Assembly (NCBI RefSeq): GCF_036365525.1
Contig: NC_090418.1
Coordinates: 10,912,856 to 10,976,855 of the forward strand
Reading direction: 5' to 3'
DNA: 64,000 nt
From: Heterodontus francisci
Lineage: Eukaryota
Shown here piece by piece: positions 61,495-64,000 of this stretch; within the stretch, counting starts at the first letter, position 1, and every line of letters begins with the position of its first letter. A program made the position numbers and the translations under genes. Under the pieces are notes generated by a model. It ran no database searches. It worked only from the letters and a program-made list of their open reading frames with translations, and had not been told where the DNA came from.

Positions 61495-62472
61495 CTTAAT
61501 GTGGGGTGTTAAAGGGAGCTAAACTTAATAGATTATTCAGGAGTTATCTCTTACTCAGCCATTGTGTTGTGACGTGTGTTTGTCAGGTTGTCTCTGACTA
61601 TTTGAGCGGCACCATCTTTAGTCCTGGCATCCAGAAGTCGCAGTCCATGACGTTTTAGAGGCATTTGCGCATGTGCCACAGCACTGCCACCTAGTGGTAG
61701 TTTTTGGAGGGCCAGCAGCTCACCAGCCACAGTGGTGACACTGGGATGAGTGGTCACTGCTGGGACTGCACCCGGCCAGGAGCAACAAGATGGAACAGGT
61801 CCCAGAACCCAGGGAAGTGGGGTCAGGCTGACCGGGGCCAGTCAGGCAGGGTGGTAAGGGGGTTGTTGGCAAGGGCAGAGTGGAGGGTGTTTCAGTGGGG
61901 GCAGCCCTCCACCAGGTGTCCCCTCCATGGGCCACAGGGTGCCCGATCAGGAGGGCTTCCCCATAACCCAAGCCCACATGGAGGACGACAGCTTTTACTG
62001 GGTAGACTTCCCACGTGCTGGAGGGACTCCAACCCATCGGCCATTGGGGCTCAGGGCAGGAATGCCATCCTCCACCATCCCCCACCCCCGGTTGAACCAG
62101 ATGGAGTCGGGAACGGCGACAGGCATTCCCCGTCCCGCTTTCCCTTCCGATTCCACGACCTCCTACGAACCTATGAATTAGGAGCAGAAGCAGGCCATTC
62201 AGCCCCTCGAGCCTGCTCCGCCATCAATAAGATCATGGATGATCTGTTTGTGTCTGAATTCCACACTGCTTGGAAACATGTGTTTTGTGTTGCAGGTCTG
62301 ACTGACTGGGGGCCAGGAGAGCAAGTCATCGGCGTAAAGAAGTTCACAGATGAGTTTTTCCTGTACCTTTGTGTGAGTCTGAAGACGCCTGAGGTTGGAA
62401 AGGTCTCCATCAGTCCGGCAGTGAACGTAAACTCCATCCTCAAGGTCTTCCGTTGCCTGCTGCACCATCATG

Positions 62473-62608
62473 CTGTGCAGGAAACGCGAGCAAACTCTGA
62501 TCATTGTCAAATGATCAATAAAGCAATGATACTTGTATCTGGTAGCTCATTTGTCACTGGATCCTCTTAATTGACTCATTTAATGTATCTAATCACTGGT
62601 ATCAGCCT
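62473..62608 (+). pseudogene. ZP3: ZP3 3'-end relic (duplicate of 34060-34195)
   Basis: Same sequence as 34060-34195. Confidence 0.7.
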
Positions 62609-63505
62609 GGAACGAGACTTGAGGTGGTGAGGTAGAACTGGATGTTATCAACATATATGTGGAAACTGACTGTCTTTAGATCACCAAGGGGCAGCATGCC
62701 AATAAATAAGAGGGAGCTGATCGAACCTTGTGCCACACTGGAAAGTGTTTCTGGAGTAGCACGAGTAGATGTTCCTATGGCTCGGACTGGATTGCTAAGA
62801 ATAGAAGCAGGTGACTTTAAAGCAGCTGCCCAATGAGGGAGAGGAATTGGAGAAGCAGGTTGTGGTTGCTCCTGGCAGACTGCAGCTAGGTCAGGAATGA
62901 CGGAGGGATAGTTTATCACGGTTGCAACATTCCATTATGTTTTTGATGAGCCATTCTGGTGTTGCGATCGCCGTACTGCTAATTGGAGTGATGACAAACA
63001 TGGGGGTCCCATTTGTCTGGAACTCAATATGGGAGGTGTCATGTTCAAGGATGTTGGTGATGGAGAGAGAGGTAGATTACAAGGACAGAGGGGTCAGCTT
63101 GCTTGAGAAGGGGGGGGTAATGATGGCAGATGTGAAGGGGAGTGGAACAAATGAGAAGCAAGTATCAGCTAATTTAGGGGCCGAGAAGGGAAATTGGGTG
63201 GTTTGCAGTTTAGTGGGAATAGGGTTGAGAAGATGAGGTGGGGTGTCAGACAAGATGAGCTTGGAGTGGCACTGAGGGAAGATAGAGGAAGATACATTTT
63301 AGGGCAGGGTGTCAGGTGATCCTTTAGCCCAGCAGGCCAAACATGTTGTTAGGAAGTAGCAGAAGCAGCTGAATGGTCTTTGTAGTTAGATGTGAGCGTG
63401 GGGTTAGAGAGTAAATCTCCCTCGACTCTGTCCCATCTAACACTCCCAGGACAAGTTAGAGTGTAGATGGCATGTAACCTCTGCAGCATGAGGGAAACCC
63501 TGGTC

Positions 63506-64000
63506 CATACGTACATCCTAGCTGCATCTACCCTGTCTATCCCTTTGAAACTTACAAAATACTTAATGAGATCACCTCTCATTCTTTGAAATGCGAGAGA
63601 ATACAGGCTCAGTTTCCCCAATCTCTCTTCATAGGACAGTCCCATCATGCCAGGAAAAAGTGTGGGGAATTTCTGTTACACTCCCTCGATGGTAATAATA
63701 TCCAGGTGCTGTCTAACCAAGGTTCTATACAATTCCCACGTTCTATTCCATCTGCCACATTCTTGCCCACTCACTAAGTCTGTCCAAATCCCTTTGAAGC
63801 CGCTTTGCATCTTCCTCACAACACACATTCCCACCTAGTTTTGTGTCATCCGCGAACTTGGAAATACTACATTTGGTCCCCACATCCAAATCATTGATAT
63901 GTATTGCAAACAGCTGGGGCCCAAGCACTGATCCCTGCGGCACCCCACTAGTCACAGCCTGCCAACGTGAGAATGCCCCATTTATTCCTACTTTCTGTTT
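63506..64000 (-). mobile_element. CR1 RT fragment (duplicate of 35095-35589)
   Basis: [10 protein letters not shown] and KFADDTK in ORF 63743-63955. Confidence 0.85.

Larger units (their letters stand above)
48428..64000 (+). repeat. Recent segmental duplication, unit 2 (runs off the window end)
   Basis: Near-identical to 17281-35589, including all nested transposon fragments. Confidence 0.95.

Noticed and set aside
61704-62570. 288-aa ORF
   Set aside because: It crosses a GC-rich repeat, an antisense RTE piece and the ZP3 relic, and it is frameshifted in the duplicate at 33290-34157, so it is a chance ORF.

Overview
Vertebrate genomic DNA, most likely from a cartilaginous fish. That assignment is inferred from the repeat content (CR1, L2, RTE and Penelope elements, shark-type tRNA-derived SINEs, a ~68-bp satellite unit). 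The window is a tandem array of a two-gene cassette. Three intact 9-exon zona pellucida ZP3 (ZPC) genes lie on the + strand (6353-9203, 28553-31468, 56977-59891). They alternate with NAT16/histidine N-acetyltransferase-like GNAT genes on the - strand. One of these appears intact (40393-55633, 5 predicted coding exons); the other (12554-24464) has lost the two GNAT-core exons. Each NAT16-like copy is head-to-head with the next ZP3. Segment ~17281-35589 is repeated almost identically at ~48428-64000. A collapsed relic of a further cassette sits at ~33289-34195 and again at ~61703-62608. The rest is mostly transposon debris (hAT, CR1, L2, RTE, Penelope, Gypsy LTR, SINEs). All gene models were built by eye from splice sites and reading frame; no database searches were run.
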